Source: Escherichia coli (GTDB taxonomy: Bacteria > Pseudomonadota > Gammaproteobacteria > Enterobacterales > Enterobacteriaceae). Taken from it: a stretch of DNA of 64,000 nucleotides. The translations under genes and the position numbers were made by a program. The stretch lies in the NCBI RefSeq assembly GCF_003790525.1, contig NZ_CP033636.1. One strand, written 5' to 3'. This document shows positions 40,631-50,545 of the stretch, in pieces. The notes below the pieces were generated by a model. It searched no databases. It had not been told where the DNA came from and worked only from the letters and a program-made list of their open reading frames with translations. Position 1 is the first letter of the stretch, and the number at the start of each line of letters is the position of its first letter.

Positions 40631-41504
40631 GAGGTACTCCAGTTCTGCCCGGTACCGCCGGGGCGGTGGTGCGAAAGCCGCACCATGAATGACACTATGA
40701 TCCTCCTGACTTCTATTGTCAATACAATTGAAGCGGCGTTTTATTTATTCATTATTTGGACCCGGCTCGTACGGAACGACCGTCGGGACTTGCCGATCTT
40801 TCTACGGTGAGCAGGGGAAGGGAACATCCCAACGCTTGTTTCCAGATGTGCAGCCTGGGAGGGCGCAGAATGCCTGACAGAATCATCGTGCAGCGGTGGC
40901 GAAAGACCCGACAAACGGGAAAAGCATCCTTTTATTCCAAATCCAACCTCAGCTTTTAATTACGCCAGTACGTTTCCTAAACATGCCAAATCGGTCTCTT
41001 ATACGCCCGGATGGGCCCGATGAAAACGATAAAATGAGAAAAAGAACCCGACACATCGCTGCTCTCTGGGAAAGCCGGTCAGCAGATGGAGCGCCAGAAA
41101 CTAAATCCGCTGGTTTTAATAATGATTGAGGAGAACAAGATGAAAGATAACAAGACACGTCCTGTAGACTCGTATGCTCATGCTGATTTCATGGAGTCCG
41201 TCTTCAGCAACCTCAGGGCTTTCTGTGATGCGGAATGCCAGCGGCTAACTGCCGGTTATCCCCCAACTGTCAAACCAGAACAGCAAAGCACTGACGGCCA
41301 GCTGTCGGCGGCATAAAGCATTACCTGCCAGTTCGTTCAAATTTCTGCTTCCTTAAGCCCGGGCCAAAAGCCCGGCTCAATCCAAAAACTGAACGTACCA
41401 GTTTACCTCTATATCTCCTGAATCCCCTGCGACTTACAAGAGACCCGCACCGGTTTAGCCATTCCTGTCCTGCCACTCTCCCATCACTGGCCCAGACAAC
41501 CGGA

Positions 41505-41515
41505 AAAGTAACTTT
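41505..41515. repeat. AAAGTWACTTT palindrome copy
   Basis: exact aaagtaacttt upstream of the ParB-like gene. Confidence 0.6.
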
Positions 41516-41630
41516 TCTCTCTGAGTCACCTTCTGAACCAGTTATTTTGCTTAAACGTAAAAACGGCCCACTGTTGTGAAGATTTAAAACGGACGGATCG
41601 AGTAGTATTGCCTCAGGAAAATTTTTAAAA

Positions 41631-41641
41631 AAAGTTACTTT
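41631..41641. repeat. AAAGTWACTTT palindrome copy
   Basis: exact aaagttacttt, abutting a promoter-module variant. Confidence 0.6.
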
Positions 41642-41651
41642 TTCTTCTCCG

Positions 41652-41690
41652 CAACCTATTAGGAAAAATGTCGAACCTGGTATTGTTGTG
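41652..41690 (+). promoter_or_regulatory. island promoter module, variant
   Basis: caacctattagg then 17 bp then tattgt, upstream of the 41732 start. Confidence 0.35.
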
Positions 41691-41731
41691 TTGTAGCGCA
41701 GTTAAACAACCAACCAAAAAAGAGAACAAAA

Positions 41732-42916
41732 ATGTCCGCAATCGAAACTGAAGTAAAAAACAACAGCAACGAAATCAGCCTTCGTGGTTACCTGGAACGC
41801 ACTGGTAACGGTGCCCGTAAAGGCAACGGCCTTATCATTGACCCTTCGGTTGTTGTAGAGCAGGAAGGCTTTAACACCCGCACGGCCGGTATGGGCGAGC
41901 TCTACTATTCAATGCCTCACGTTGTGGAACACCTGAACAGCCTGGCCGATGCCTACATGGAAGACCCGTTCAGCGTGACGCCTATCGTTGTTCAGATGGT
42001 TAATGGCGTACCTGTACTGCGTCAGGGGGCTTGCCGTATCCGTTCCATCGCTATTGCAAACCGCCAGCTGGAAGCAGAAGGGCGTGAACGCATTACTCGT
42101 ATTCGCTGCGAAGAGTTTCGCGGTAGCGCTTCAAAAGCAGAACTCTTCACCCTGACCGGCAACTCCAACCTGGCGCTGTCTGTCGTAGCTGAAGCGCTTT
42201 CAATTAAGCGTCTGGTTGAAGATAAAGAAGAGCCTAAGACCTTTGCGGAACTGGCAAAAAAACGTGGTAAATCAGAGCAGCATCTTCGCCAGATGGTTCG
42301 CGTACTGGACCTGCCTTCTGAACTACAGACCATGCTTGTGAGCGATCAGGTGAGCATGTACGTTGCACTGGACGAGTATATGTACAGCGGTGAGGATGCG
42401 GTAGATAACATCAACAAAGCGATCTCCATCTATGGCAAGGCGACGAAAAACACGCTGAAATTCGTCAAAGCTGCCAAGGTAGAAGAGCGCATGGCAGATC
42501 CGCAGACTCCGGAAAACATCGGTGCTGAGCAACCGGCAGATGATACTACCGATAACACCCCGGTACCGGATCAACTGAACGATGAAAGCAATACGGAGAC
42601 GCTGGATACGCCACCGGTACAGGAACCGGCTCCAGCTCCAAAGGACAGCGCTCCTAAACAGAACCCGGCAGGTAAAGCACCTTCCATGTCCAGCGTTCTG
42701 AACAAAAAGACTGTGACCGTCATTGCAGACACCGCGATCCCGATTTTTGAACGTATTGCTGAAGAAGCCAAGCTTAAAGAAGGTGAATCTGTCAGTACTG
42801 ATACTTACACGCTTGTTCTGACCAATGATGAAATGAACGATATCATCAACGCTCATGCTGACCTGAAAGAGTACCTGCGTAAGCATGCTGATAAGATGAA
42901 CAAGGGACAGTCATGA
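41732..42916 (+). CDS. ParB-like protein (ParB N-terminal domain plus HTH), no adjacent ParA
   Basis: 394-aa ORF; LIIDPS...FNTR...PIVVQMVNG...RQGACRIRS resembles the ParB/Srx fold; HTH-like TFAELAKKRGKSEQHLRQMVRVLDLPSELQ; acidic proline-rich linker. Confidence 0.5.
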   Translation: MSAIETEVKNNSNEISLRGYLERTGNGARKGNGLIIDPSVVVEQEGFNTRTAGMGELYYSMPHVVEHLNSLADAYMEDPFSVTPIVVQMVNGVPVLRQGACRIRSIAIANRQLEAEGRERITRIRCEEFRGSASKAELFTLTGNSNLALSVVAEALSIKRLVEDKEEPKTFAELAKKRGKSEQHLRQMVRVLDLPSELQTMLVSDQVSMYVALDEYMYSGEDAVDNINKAISIYGKATKNTLKFVKAAKVEERMADPQTPENIGAEQPADDTTDNTPVPDQLNDESNTETLDTPPVQEPAPAPKDSAPKQNPAGKAPSMSSVLNKKTVTVIADTAIPIFERIAEEAKLKEGESVSTDTYTLVLTNDEMNDIINAHADLKEYLRKHADKMNKGQS

Positions 42917-42924
42917 TTTTCTGA

Positions 42925-42960
42925 CCGACCCCTCCATCCGGACGGGTCGGTAACTTTTTC
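42925..42960 (+). terminator. candidate terminator after the ParB-like gene
   Basis: stem ccgaccc / gggtcgg with 12-nt loop, then taacttttt. Confidence 0.35.
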
Positions 42961-42981
42961 AGGACAAGGGGAAACAGGGCA

Positions 42982-43263
42982 ATGAAGAAGGCTGTTATCA
43001 ACGTAGACAAAACTAACCCACTGCCAGTCCTGACGGATTCGGTGACCCGGGTAAGTATTCAGTGCACGGCAAAAGATGAAAACGGGGCAGGGATCGAAGT
43101 GAATATACTCGACCTGATTCAGGATCATGATACGGCTGAAGTGAAAGTGCAGTTTGGGAGCTCGCCTGTTCAGGCTCTGGCGATGCTCCGCCGGGTTATG
43201 ACAGCACTGGAAAAGCAGGCAAACGCAGAACTGAATACAAACCACTATTCGCGTATGCAGTGA
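42982..43263 (+). CDS. hypothetical protein
   Basis: 93-aa ORF. Confidence 0.4.
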   Translation: MKKAVINVDKTNPLPVLTDSVTRVSIQCTAKDENGAGIEVNILDLIQDHDTAEVKVQFGSSPVQALAMLRRVMTALEKQANAELNTNHYSRMQ

Positions 43264-43447
43264 TCTACTCTGGCAATTTCATCCATGCTGCCTCTGATCT
43301 GTCAATCGCGGGCGAAACCTCAGGATGAATAACGCTGATGTTAGCAGCTGGTGGAACAAACAGACTTAAATGGAAAATTGCAGTGAGTAAAACAATGCGT
43401 AACGTTGTTGCGGGTTACATTCAGCCGCTAAGCGGTTCCCGGACACT

Positions 43448-43726
43448 ATGCTAAGCGTGGTCAGACGAAAGCTCAGCAGTATCGTCGACATGCAGGAGAC
43501 CGTCAGACAGTCCTCACAAATGCTTGAGTCTGATGCAGCCATATTCCTGAAACGCGCCATAGTTGCGAGGATGCTTCAAAAAATAAAATATCAGGATAGT
43601 GAAGTTTTAAAAGACTGCCTTGGCGATTTTTTTATTTATGAACAACGTGAAAAATTGCGCCGACTTGGCGTGATTACTAACTGGGGGATTAATAAAACAG
43701 CAGACGGGAAGAATAATAAGTTGTGA
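43448..43726 (+). CDS. hypothetical protein
   Basis: 92-aa ORF. Confidence 0.3.
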   Translation: MLSVVRRKLSSIVDMQETVRQSSQMLESDAAIFLKRAIVARMLQKIKYQDSEVLKDCLGDFFIYEQREKLRRLGVITNWGINKTADGKNNKL

Positions 43727-43792
43727 TAACTCAGTAAATATTAATTTAAAAAGCGTCTTCAGAAATAGAAAAAATGCAAATTATATTGCTAC

Positions 43793-43830
43793 GGGTTATT
43801 AGCCGCTGAGGCTGTTTACATATAATACTT
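43793..43830 (+). promoter_or_regulatory. island promoter module copy
   Basis: cgggttattagcc then 19 bp then tataat, upstream of the 43847 start. Confidence 0.5.
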
Positions 43831-43846
43831 CTAAACAGGAGGTATT

Positions 43847-44030
43847 ATGAAAAAACAACTGGCGTACGCTTCAAACTGTTCTGACAGTCTTTATTCGTAT
43901 ATTTATCGCACTCTGCAAAAACGGGCTGGTGATGAGAATGAAAGCCTTTATCAGCAGGCCATTTCCCGCTGCCGTACAGCTAAACAAAAAAAGAAACTGG
44001 CCGGGTATTATGCCGGTCCATGGCAGCTGC
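43847..44030 (+). pseudogene. small gene interrupted by IS1
   Basis: ORF with strong RBS caggagg runs into the IS1 left end; its stop codon is supplied by IS1 sequence. Confidence 0.5.
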
Positions 44031-44085
44031 GGTGATGCTGCCAACTTACTGATTTAGTGTATGATGGTGTTTTTGAGGTGCTCCA

Positions 44086-44361
44086 GTGGCTTCTGTTTCT
44101 ATCAGCTGTCCCTCCTGTTCAGCTACTGACGGGGTGGTGCGTAACGGCAAAAGCACTGCCGGACATCAGCGCTATCTCTGCTCTCACTGCCGTAAAACAT
44201 GGCAACTGCAGTTCACTTACACCGCTTCTCAACCCGGTACGCACCAGAAAATCATTGATATGGCCATGAATGGCGTTGGATGCCGGGCAACCGCCCGCAT
44301 TATGGGCGTTGGCCTCAACACGATTTTCCGCCATTTAAAAAACTCAGGCCGCAGTCGGTAA
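44086..44361 (+). CDS. insA: IS1 InsA
   Basis: 91-aa [43 protein letters not shown]. Confidence 0.95.
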   Translation: MASVSISCPSCSATDGVVRNGKSTAGHQRYLCSHCRKTWQLQFTYTASQPGTHQKIIDMAMNGVGCRATARIMGVGLNTIFRHLKNSGRSR

Positions 44362-44783
44362 CCTCGCGCATACAGCCGGGCAGTGACGTCATCGTCTGCG
44401 CGGAAATGGACGAACAGTGGGGATACGTCGGGGCTAAATCGCGCCAGCGCTGGCTGTTTTACGCGTATGACAGGCTCCGGAAGACGGTTGTTGCGCACGT
44501 ATTCGGTGAACGCACTATGGCGACGCTGGGGCGTCTTATGAGCCTGCTGTCACCCTTTGACGTGGTGATATGGATGACGGATGGCTGGCCGCTGTATGAA
44601 TCCCGCCTGAAGGGAAAGCTGCACGTAATCAGCAAGCGATATACGCAGCGAATTGAGCGGCATAACCTGAATCTGAGGCAGCACCTGGCACGGCTGGGAC
44701 GGAAGTCGCTGTCGTTCTCAAAATCGGTGGAGCTGCATGACAAAGTCATCGGGCATTATCTGAACATAAAACACTATCAATAA
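44280..44783 (+). CDS. insB: IS1 InsB
   Basis: 167-aa frame overlapping insA, consistent with the IS1 frameshift-fusion arrangement. Confidence 0.9.
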   Translation: MPGNRPHYGRWPQHDFPPFKKLRPQSVTSRIQPGSDVIVCAEMDEQWGYVGAKSRQRWLFYAYDRLRKTVVAHVFGERTMATLGRLMSLLSPFDVVIWMTDGWPLYESRLKGKLHVISKRYTQRIERHNLNLRQHLARLGRKSLSFSKSVELHDKVIGHYLNIKHYQ

Positions 44784-44964
44784 GTTGGAGTCATTACCGG
44801 CAGCTGCTTTTCAACGCGTGGTGTAACAATCGCGTCCCTAACACAGCGGTGCTGGCTCTTCTACTCCAGCAGTGCTTATCTCATTTCCAGTGCGAAGAAG
44901 TGATCGCAGCCTGGCAGTAACCCTATCAAGCCCCTTCGTATAGCGGAGGGGCAGGAGATATCTC

Positions 44965-45402
44965 ATGTACAGAAACGACAGAAACGTGGATTCCTTCAAC
45001 CTGGTTAATGCTCTTCAGCCGGTCTTTCGTAACACCGGCTGTGGGATATTTGAATACGATCGTAAAAAGCAGAATGAAACCGCTGATTCAATCTTACGAG
45101 CGTTGGCGTTAAATGCCGATTTCGCGAGGGCCTTAAAACAGTACGTCCGGATTAATTCTGTACGACGGGTTGTTCAGTTCGATGACGGCTCGGTTCGCTA
45201 TGGTATTCATGCCGAATTTGAAGGGCATGATAAAATTAATTCCTTCCGTATTTTTAAAGATGAAGATACAGACGCATTTGACTCCTATTTTTATTTGGTT
45301 TGCGATAATAAAGCTGAGCTGGTGGATTTTAAAATGAACTCTCTCGATATTCAATTACAGGCTGTTTTTGAAAAAGTGACAGGTATTTATCTGTCACATT
45401 AA
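44965..45402 (+). CDS. hypothetical protein
   Basis: 145-aa ORF with RBS ggcaggag. Confidence 0.45.
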   Translation: MYRNDRNVDSFNLVNALQPVFRNTGCGIFEYDRKKQNETADSILRALALNADFARALKQYVRINSVRRVVQFDDGSVRYGIHAEFEGHDKINSFRIFKDEDTDAFDSYFYLVCDNKAELVDFKMNSLDIQLQAVFEKVTGIYLSH

Positions 45403-45463
45403 ATATTCAAATTTTCAATCCTCGGGCTGATAGACAAAAAACGCACTTTAGAATAAAGATGAG

Positions 45464-46006
45464 ATGAATATGAAAAACGTAAATATTTTGACTACCGATA
45501 TCGCGGCCATTAATGCTCTTTCTGGCGTAGAACTGACGGACTTTCTCACTGCCGGGTATCAGGTAAACTGGTCAGGAGAAAGGGAGGTTTCGCTGGTGGG
45601 CTTTCCGTGTTTAGCAAGCAACAAGCAGCCGGTAGAAGTTGGTCCCGGTATTTTCATTAATCGCGTGTACAGCAAAGACAGCCAGTCTCTGTGCGGGAAA
45701 TTGCGCTATGACCTGTCTAATGGTCTGGCATCCGGCGCATTTTCATTTTTCTCCCATTCAGGCTGGTATGGGGGATTCCGTGTCGTATCCTTCCGTGACA
45801 ACGGGCCAGCTGCGTTGATCAACATTGGCATTGTCCATGAAAATGTTTTGAATGCGTTTTGTGCTGACTTCCCCCGGGCCAATGTGAGCGTAAACCGTTT
45901 TCATTGTGGCATGACGCTTGAGCAGATCCGCATGTTCATTTCAGACACCGCTTACGATATGCCGCTTTATAACAACGAGTCTGACTTTCGCAGGCTCGCC
46001 AGTTAG
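45464..46006 (+). CDS. hypothetical protein
   Basis: 180-aa ORF. Confidence 0.45.
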   Translation: MNMKNVNILTTDIAAINALSGVELTDFLTAGYQVNWSGEREVSLVGFPCLASNKQPVEVGPGIFINRVYSKDSQSLCGKLRYDLSNGLASGAFSFFSHSGWYGGFRVVSFRDNGPAALINIGIVHENVLNAFCADFPRANVSVNRFHCGMTLEQIRMFISDTAYDMPLYNNESDFRRLAS

Positions 46007-46170
46007 CATGGAGACTGGCTTCAGTGCTTACGCCTAAAAACCAATGAGCGAAGTGGCGGAACCGGTTGGCTTCGCCCAGTTGGCGTGAGCGATTAGTTCT
46101 ATACGGGAAGAAGTCATAGTATTCTGAAATGATAGTTATCTCATACGAACGATAGTAATGGAGTTTCTTA

Positions 46171-46539
46171 ATGGGCGTTGATATCTGCTGGCGATTTCAA
46201 AGGGAAGAAAAGCCTGGTAAATGGATTAATTTATCAAGCAATTATAAAGGGGACCGATCATATCTCCACTTTGCCTGGCTCGGATTTGATGTAGATCGTG
46301 AAAGGGCGAGCACATCAGCAGTTTTTATCCACGCATTACGCGGATTACCTGATGATATACCGTCCGAAGATGATGATTTATTCGGTGAACATTCATACTC
46401 ATGGCTGACTTCGGAAGAAATTTTGTCAGCCATACCACCCGATAACGCCGGAGAGGTGATCCAGGAATTTGTCGAAGAAGTAAAGCGTCTCCACGTGGAG
46501 AACGGCAGCGTCCGTTTCGTCTTTGGATTTGAAGGGTAA
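46171..46539 (+). CDS. hypothetical protein
   Basis: 122-aa ORF. Confidence 0.4.
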   Translation: MGVDICWRFQREEKPGKWINLSSNYKGDRSYLHFAWLGFDVDRERASTSAVFIHALRGLPDDIPSEDDDLFGEHSYSWLTSEEILSAIPPDNAGEVIQEFVEEVKRLHVENGSVRFVFGFEG

Positions 46540-46971
46540 CCCGTAAGAAAGTAGCTATCTTACCCGGCTAGGTCTCCAATCTCTCAGATGCTCAAAGAGG
46601 GCCGGGCATGGTGCCCACACATCCCCTACCATTCCGATTTGATATTCGTCTAATACACCCTTTAAAGAAAACAAGCAGACGGCAATGAGACGTCGGATTA
46701 GCGTCAGCAAATATGAGACGTCAGTAGTCGATGTTTGTCCTGCGGAACGTGAATCTGTTTACAGGGGGTAAAGCCGTACCATCCATGAGGGCTCAGAGAG
46801 CCGGGGTCTCCTCCAGATCACTGGAAGTTATTGACTCTGGCAGGCCTATCCCTATGACTTTTTCCCGGATGGCAAATTAAGATCGAACAGGGCCAAATTA
46901 GTACTCTTTTCTAAACGGAAATACTGAATCACCCTGATATAACTGGTCTCTCACAAGACAGGAGATCATCA

Positions 46972-47274
46972 ATGGAACGTGTAATATTTTCAGTAATCTT
47001 TTTTATGATGCTGGGCGTACCTTTTTACCTTCTTTATAAAATTGCCCGGGACATTTTTGGGACCGCCGGTGCTGGTGAGCCTGCACAATTGCCTCAGGGC
47101 AAGCAAAGACGCTCAGGAGGCGCTGGTTCGGGTTCGATCTGGCAAGGACACCATCTACAGGGGAGCAGCCATTTGAACCCCCTCGGAGGTGATTGTAATG
47201 GTGAAAATAGCATAGCTGGTGGTTGTGATGGTGGCGGTGGAGGAGGAGGAGGAGGAGGTGGTGGTGGTGACTGA
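46972..47274 (+). CDS. small membrane-anchored protein with glycine-rich C-terminal tail
   Basis: 100-aa ORF with RBS gacaggag; N-terminal hydrophobic helix then a Gly-rich tail ending in a 13-Gly run encoded by mixed GGN codons. Confidence 0.4.
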   Translation: MERVIFSVIFFMMLGVPFYLLYKIARDIFGTAGAGEPAQLPQGKQRRSGGAGSGSIWQGHHLQGSSHLNPLGGDCNGENSIAGGCDGGGGGGGGGGGGGD

Positions 47275-47456
47275 TAGCCTGCAATTTTAACTATCAGGAT
47301 GAAACCCATGTCCAGCAACCGGAAAAAGAATTCATATCAACCGAAAAGCCCTGCCTTAAAGTGAAGCGTATTAAACGTGAAGGATGCTGAATTAGAGGGT
47401 ATCGGTTTTATACTGAAGCGTAACTGGAAGAAGGATCTGAAATTAACTATTACGGA

Positions 47457-47467
47457 AAAGTAACTTT
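47457..47467. repeat. AAAGTWACTTT palindrome copy
   Basis: exact aaagtaacttt in intergenic DNA. Confidence 0.6.
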
Positions 47468-47630
47468 CTGACTCACCACGTACGCCCCTCGGTTATGCCA
47501 TACAGTTTGATACGAAAACAGATCAGTAAGTAGATTGCTATACGCCGGAGAGAAGTCTATTTTTCATACACCGAACCTGTTTGGCCTGCAATGGAAGCAG
47601 GTATAATAATCACATACAAAGGAGGGCATT

Positions 47631-47915
47631 ATGAATAAATTTTTATACGTGCTTTTGGCCTGGATTGTTGTGCTTTTTATCGCCAACAAACTGCTCGCAA
47701 GACGTAAGCCCAAGACGGTTAAAATCCTGGTACAGCGCAACGGGAAAGCCGCAGAGGTTGATGCTGTAGTGGTTCAGGGTTCAAAGAGAGCTAACAACAG
47801 TTCTGTTGCGGACAGCGACGCGGTAGATAGTTATTTTGAAATGAATCCTTACTCCCGCGAAAACCAGTCGAATGGTTGGGCTATGCTGGCCAGAGACGAT
47901 GACCAGCTTAAATAA
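47631..47915 (+). CDS. hypothetical small membrane protein
   Basis: 94-aa ORF with RBS aaaggaggg; N-terminal hydrophobic helix. Confidence 0.45.
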   Translation: MNKFLYVLLAWIVVLFIANKLLARRKPKTVKILVQRNGKAAEVDAVVVQGSKRANNSSVADSDAVDSYFEMNPYSRENQSNGWAMLARDDDQLK

Positions 47916-47971
47916 TCAGTTGAGTGTGATGTGTAAAGCAGCTTAAAACTCTAAATGGACGAACAGGGGAG

Positions 47972-48334
47972 GTGACAAAGATGACAACCAATACAACAAC
48001 GACCACCTACCGCTCAGAAGAAATCGTGCCGTTCAGACGGCCCAAAGGGGATCTGGATAGTCGGTATATGCCTCAGGTGTATGCAATGGTGCGGAACTGG
48101 GCAAGTAACCCTGCTCAATATGGTGAGGGTGTACTGGCCTCCTACCGCCAACCGGCAGTAAACCTTGCCTACCAGGTAAAAGGAACTCGTGTTGTTTTAA
48201 TTCTGGTACCAGTAGAGTGCGAGCCACCTGGAGTGATAATGACGGAAACAGTCCTGTGGCCGTCACTATCACTTGTAGAAGTCTTGCAGACCTTGCAGGA
48301 GGCCTGGCAAAATATTCCGGCGTTAAACCCCTGA
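47972..48334 (+). CDS. hypothetical protein
   Basis: 120-aa ORF with RBS gggaggtg. Confidence 0.45.
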   Translation: MTKMTTNTTTTTYRSEEIVPFRRPKGDLDSRYMPQVYAMVRNWASNPAQYGEGVLASYRQPAVNLAYQVKGTRVVLILVPVECEPPGVIMTETVLWPSLSLVEVLQTLQEAWQNIPALNP

Positions 48335-48620
48335 CGACTTCTGTCAATATCACCGGCTAGTGATTTACCTCTCTGCTGGTGGTCAGCCCGCCTAAGTTCA
48401 AATTATCTCTTTCTAAATTAGCCCGGATAAAAATCGGTCCCTCTAAAATAGCCTGCCCTGAGTAGGCTACGTCATACAAAGCGTTGGCCAGTCACCAGCT
48501 GGCTGGTGGCCATAATGCTCCACAGGATAAACCGTATCAGAACTACGCAAAGAAAAAGCCCCAACAATTTACCGATGGGGCCTTTTGCAGACATTTTACA
48601 GCCTTACCAATGATAGAGCG

Positions 48621-49352
48621 CTAAGGCTTCTGCTTAGTGAACAGACTTGCCCACAGATAATGGATAAAGTTGAGCAGAATGTATGTTACTCGTTGCTCGA
48701 ATTTCATCGGGGCTTTGTACTTTGTCGTTATGTTGTGAATATGAGTAAGGTCCGTATAGAGCCCTAGCGACTTCCTTGTTGACTTCAACACCGAACAGAT
48801 GTGCTGAACAGACTCCGGTGTGAACAACCGTAGCCCTCGTCGTTGTTTGACTTTATGGATAAAATCGTCCATCCCCATACATAACCATTCCGGCTTGATG
48901 CCATCAAACTTACAACGTCCGTTTATGATGACGACATTGATACATTCCAGTTCTCTAGCCTTAAGAGCAGACTGAATAGCCCTGATGTGCCCCTGGTTTT
49001 GCTTAAACGGGTTCTGCAACTTGAGGGTTCGGGACTGAGTCCATTTCCGCCAGTGGCTTTCCTCCAGAGTACCGTAGAGCTTGCCTACGTAGTTTTTCTG
49101 CTCTATGACGTATATACCATGTGGGGCTACGAGAATGTGATCAACCTGAGTAGTGCTATGAGCCGACAACTGAAAGGTGAGATCACTAAGTAGCCCCTGA
49201 GCTTCTTCAGGAAGCCCAGATTCAATTGCCTTTGCAGTCCGCCGTTCCGCTATGGCAGAGGTCATAAAACCCAACAGACACAGCAACACGACGAAAATAA
49301 GGATAATGAAAGCTACCCCCGTAATGCTCCACAGCAGATTGAAAGCATCCAT
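48621..49352 (-). CDS. NERD-domain-like protein with N-terminal membrane anchor
   Basis: 243-aa ORF; hydrophobic N-terminus; VDHILVAPHGIYVIEQKNYVG resembles the nuclease-related domain core. Confidence 0.45.
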   Translation of the reverse strand: MDAFNLLWSITGVAFIILIFVVLLCLLGFMTSAIAERRTAKAIESGLPEEAQGLLSDLTFQLSAHSTTQVDHILVAPHGIYVIEQKNYVGKLYGTLEESHWRKWTQSRTLKLQNPFKQNQGHIRAIQSALKARELECINVVIINGRCKFDGIKPEWLCMGMDDFIHKVKQRRGLRLFTPESVQHICSVLKSTRKSLGLYTDLTHIHNITTKYKAPMKFEQRVTYILLNFIHYLWASLFTKQKP

Positions 49353-49353
49353 G

Positions 49354-50535
49354 TTACCTCACAGAGGGGTAGCTGGTGGCATTAACAGATTCTACCAAGC
49401 GGGTAGTGGTACCGGTAAGGCTCTCAATATTTGAAGACAGGCTCATCAGCATGCCGAGTGCAGAACGGAGATTACGATGAGGCTCATTGTAGTTTTTGAA
49501 CGTGTCAGTGGAGTACATTTTTGAAAGACGTGTACGGATCTCTACTGACGTAAGATCTCCATCCACCAGGCCGTACTTAACTGCCTGAGGTGTTGGCCAT
49601 ACACGGCCTGAATAGAGAGAAACAGCATCGGCATCATGACGCGAGAGAAGCTTTTTACCCCGTCCAAGTTCAACATCAGTTATAAATTTTTCATGCATCG
49701 TGTTCAGGATCTCCTTCTGCATGAACTCCCTCGTTGAATCGGACAATGGGTGGAAGGGGTCAAGAGCATCTTTGAACTCACCGGCCGTAAGGGGCTCATT
49801 CTTGACGCCTACTGTGCTCATGATCTCTGACAGATTCCAGTGGTCCATACGCACACCGATAGAACCGATCAGGGCATTACTGTCGGCATAAATTGCATCA
49901 GCGGGCGATACCGCGTAATAGCATGCGGATGCGCATATGCCTTTCACACTAACGATGATTGGTTTATATGAGTCTGCGATATCAGAGAAAAAACGACCGG
50001 TACCGCTGGAGAGTACTTCGAGGGAGTTTTGCTTCGACCGTGCTTCATCGCCACGTTCTGTGCTCCCGGTTTTGTTACTCTTGTCAGCGGCTACAGATGA
50101 AAGAGAGCAACCGGCATCTGATACGCGTTCAATCTGTGGCTGGTGGTTTTTAAGCGCGTTTATCTGGCGGTAAATAATGATGGCGTCAGAGGGACCACCA
50201 CCACCTGACTCTGCCTCGATAATAACTGCTTTGGCATGGGGATTATTGTAAGCTTTGGCAAGAGCTGTTGCGATCACTGTTCCATCGCCCGTTTCCGAGC
50301 CGGTACCCATCTCGCCAGAAATCCGTATTACAGCTATATGGTCTTTCTTCCCTTCAGCGTCCTGCCATTGTTCGTAAAGATTGTAGAAAGAAAACCCTAC
50401 AGCGGTCATGGCAATTAGCGACATAGCAACTTTTGCCGTGGTATGAATGCGAAACATCTTATAAAAACGGTCAGCGTTATCATTGAGCGATTCTTTGATA
50501 TTTGTAGGGGACTTCCTTTTTTTACTGCTTAACAT
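49354..50535 (-). CDS. S49-family peptidase (SppA-like)
   Basis: 393-aa ORF; N-terminal membrane anchor; SppA-like blocks HIAVIRISGEM, AVIIEAESGGG and IGSIGVRMDHWN. Confidence 0.55.
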   Translation of the reverse strand: MLSSKKRKSPTNIKESLNDNADRFYKMFRIHTTAKVAMSLIAMTAVGFSFYNLYEQWQDAEGKKDHIAVIRISGEMGTGSETGDGTVIATALAKAYNNPHAKAVIIEAESGGGGPSDAIIIYRQINALKNHQPQIERVSDAGCSLSSVAADKSNKTGSTERGDEARSKQNSLEVLSSGTGRFFSDIADSYKPIIVSVKGICASACYYAVSPADAIYADSNALIGSIGVRMDHWNLSEIMSTVGVKNEPLTAGEFKDALDPFHPLSDSTREFMQKEILNTMHEKFITDVELGRGKKLLSRHDADAVSLYSGRVWPTPQAVKYGLVDGDLTSVEIRTRLSKMYSTDTFKNYNEPHRNLRSALGMLMSLSSNIESLTGTTTRLVESVNATSYPSVR

Positions 50536-50545
50536 CTGACCACCT

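Larger units (their letters stand above)
44031..44798 (+). mobile_element. IS1, complete, 768 bp
   Basis: ends ggtgatgctgccaactta...aagttggagtcattacc; 9-bp direct repeat ggcagctgc on both flanks (44022-44030 and 44799-44807). Confidence 0.95.

Noticed and set aside
42323-42886. 187-aa minus-strand ORF, also 42022..42333 and 42571..42771
   Set aside because: Antisense or alternative-frame shadows within the ParB-like gene.
47215-47270. GGN repeat as a slipped-strand phase-variation tract
   Set aside because: The codons are a mixture of ggt, ggc, gga and ggg rather than a pure repeat unit, so slippage is unlikely.
47094-47318. Minus-strand ORF encoding a poly-proline run
   Set aside because: It is the antisense shadow of the GGN-rich tract; the plus-strand ORF has the RBS and a plausible membrane helix.
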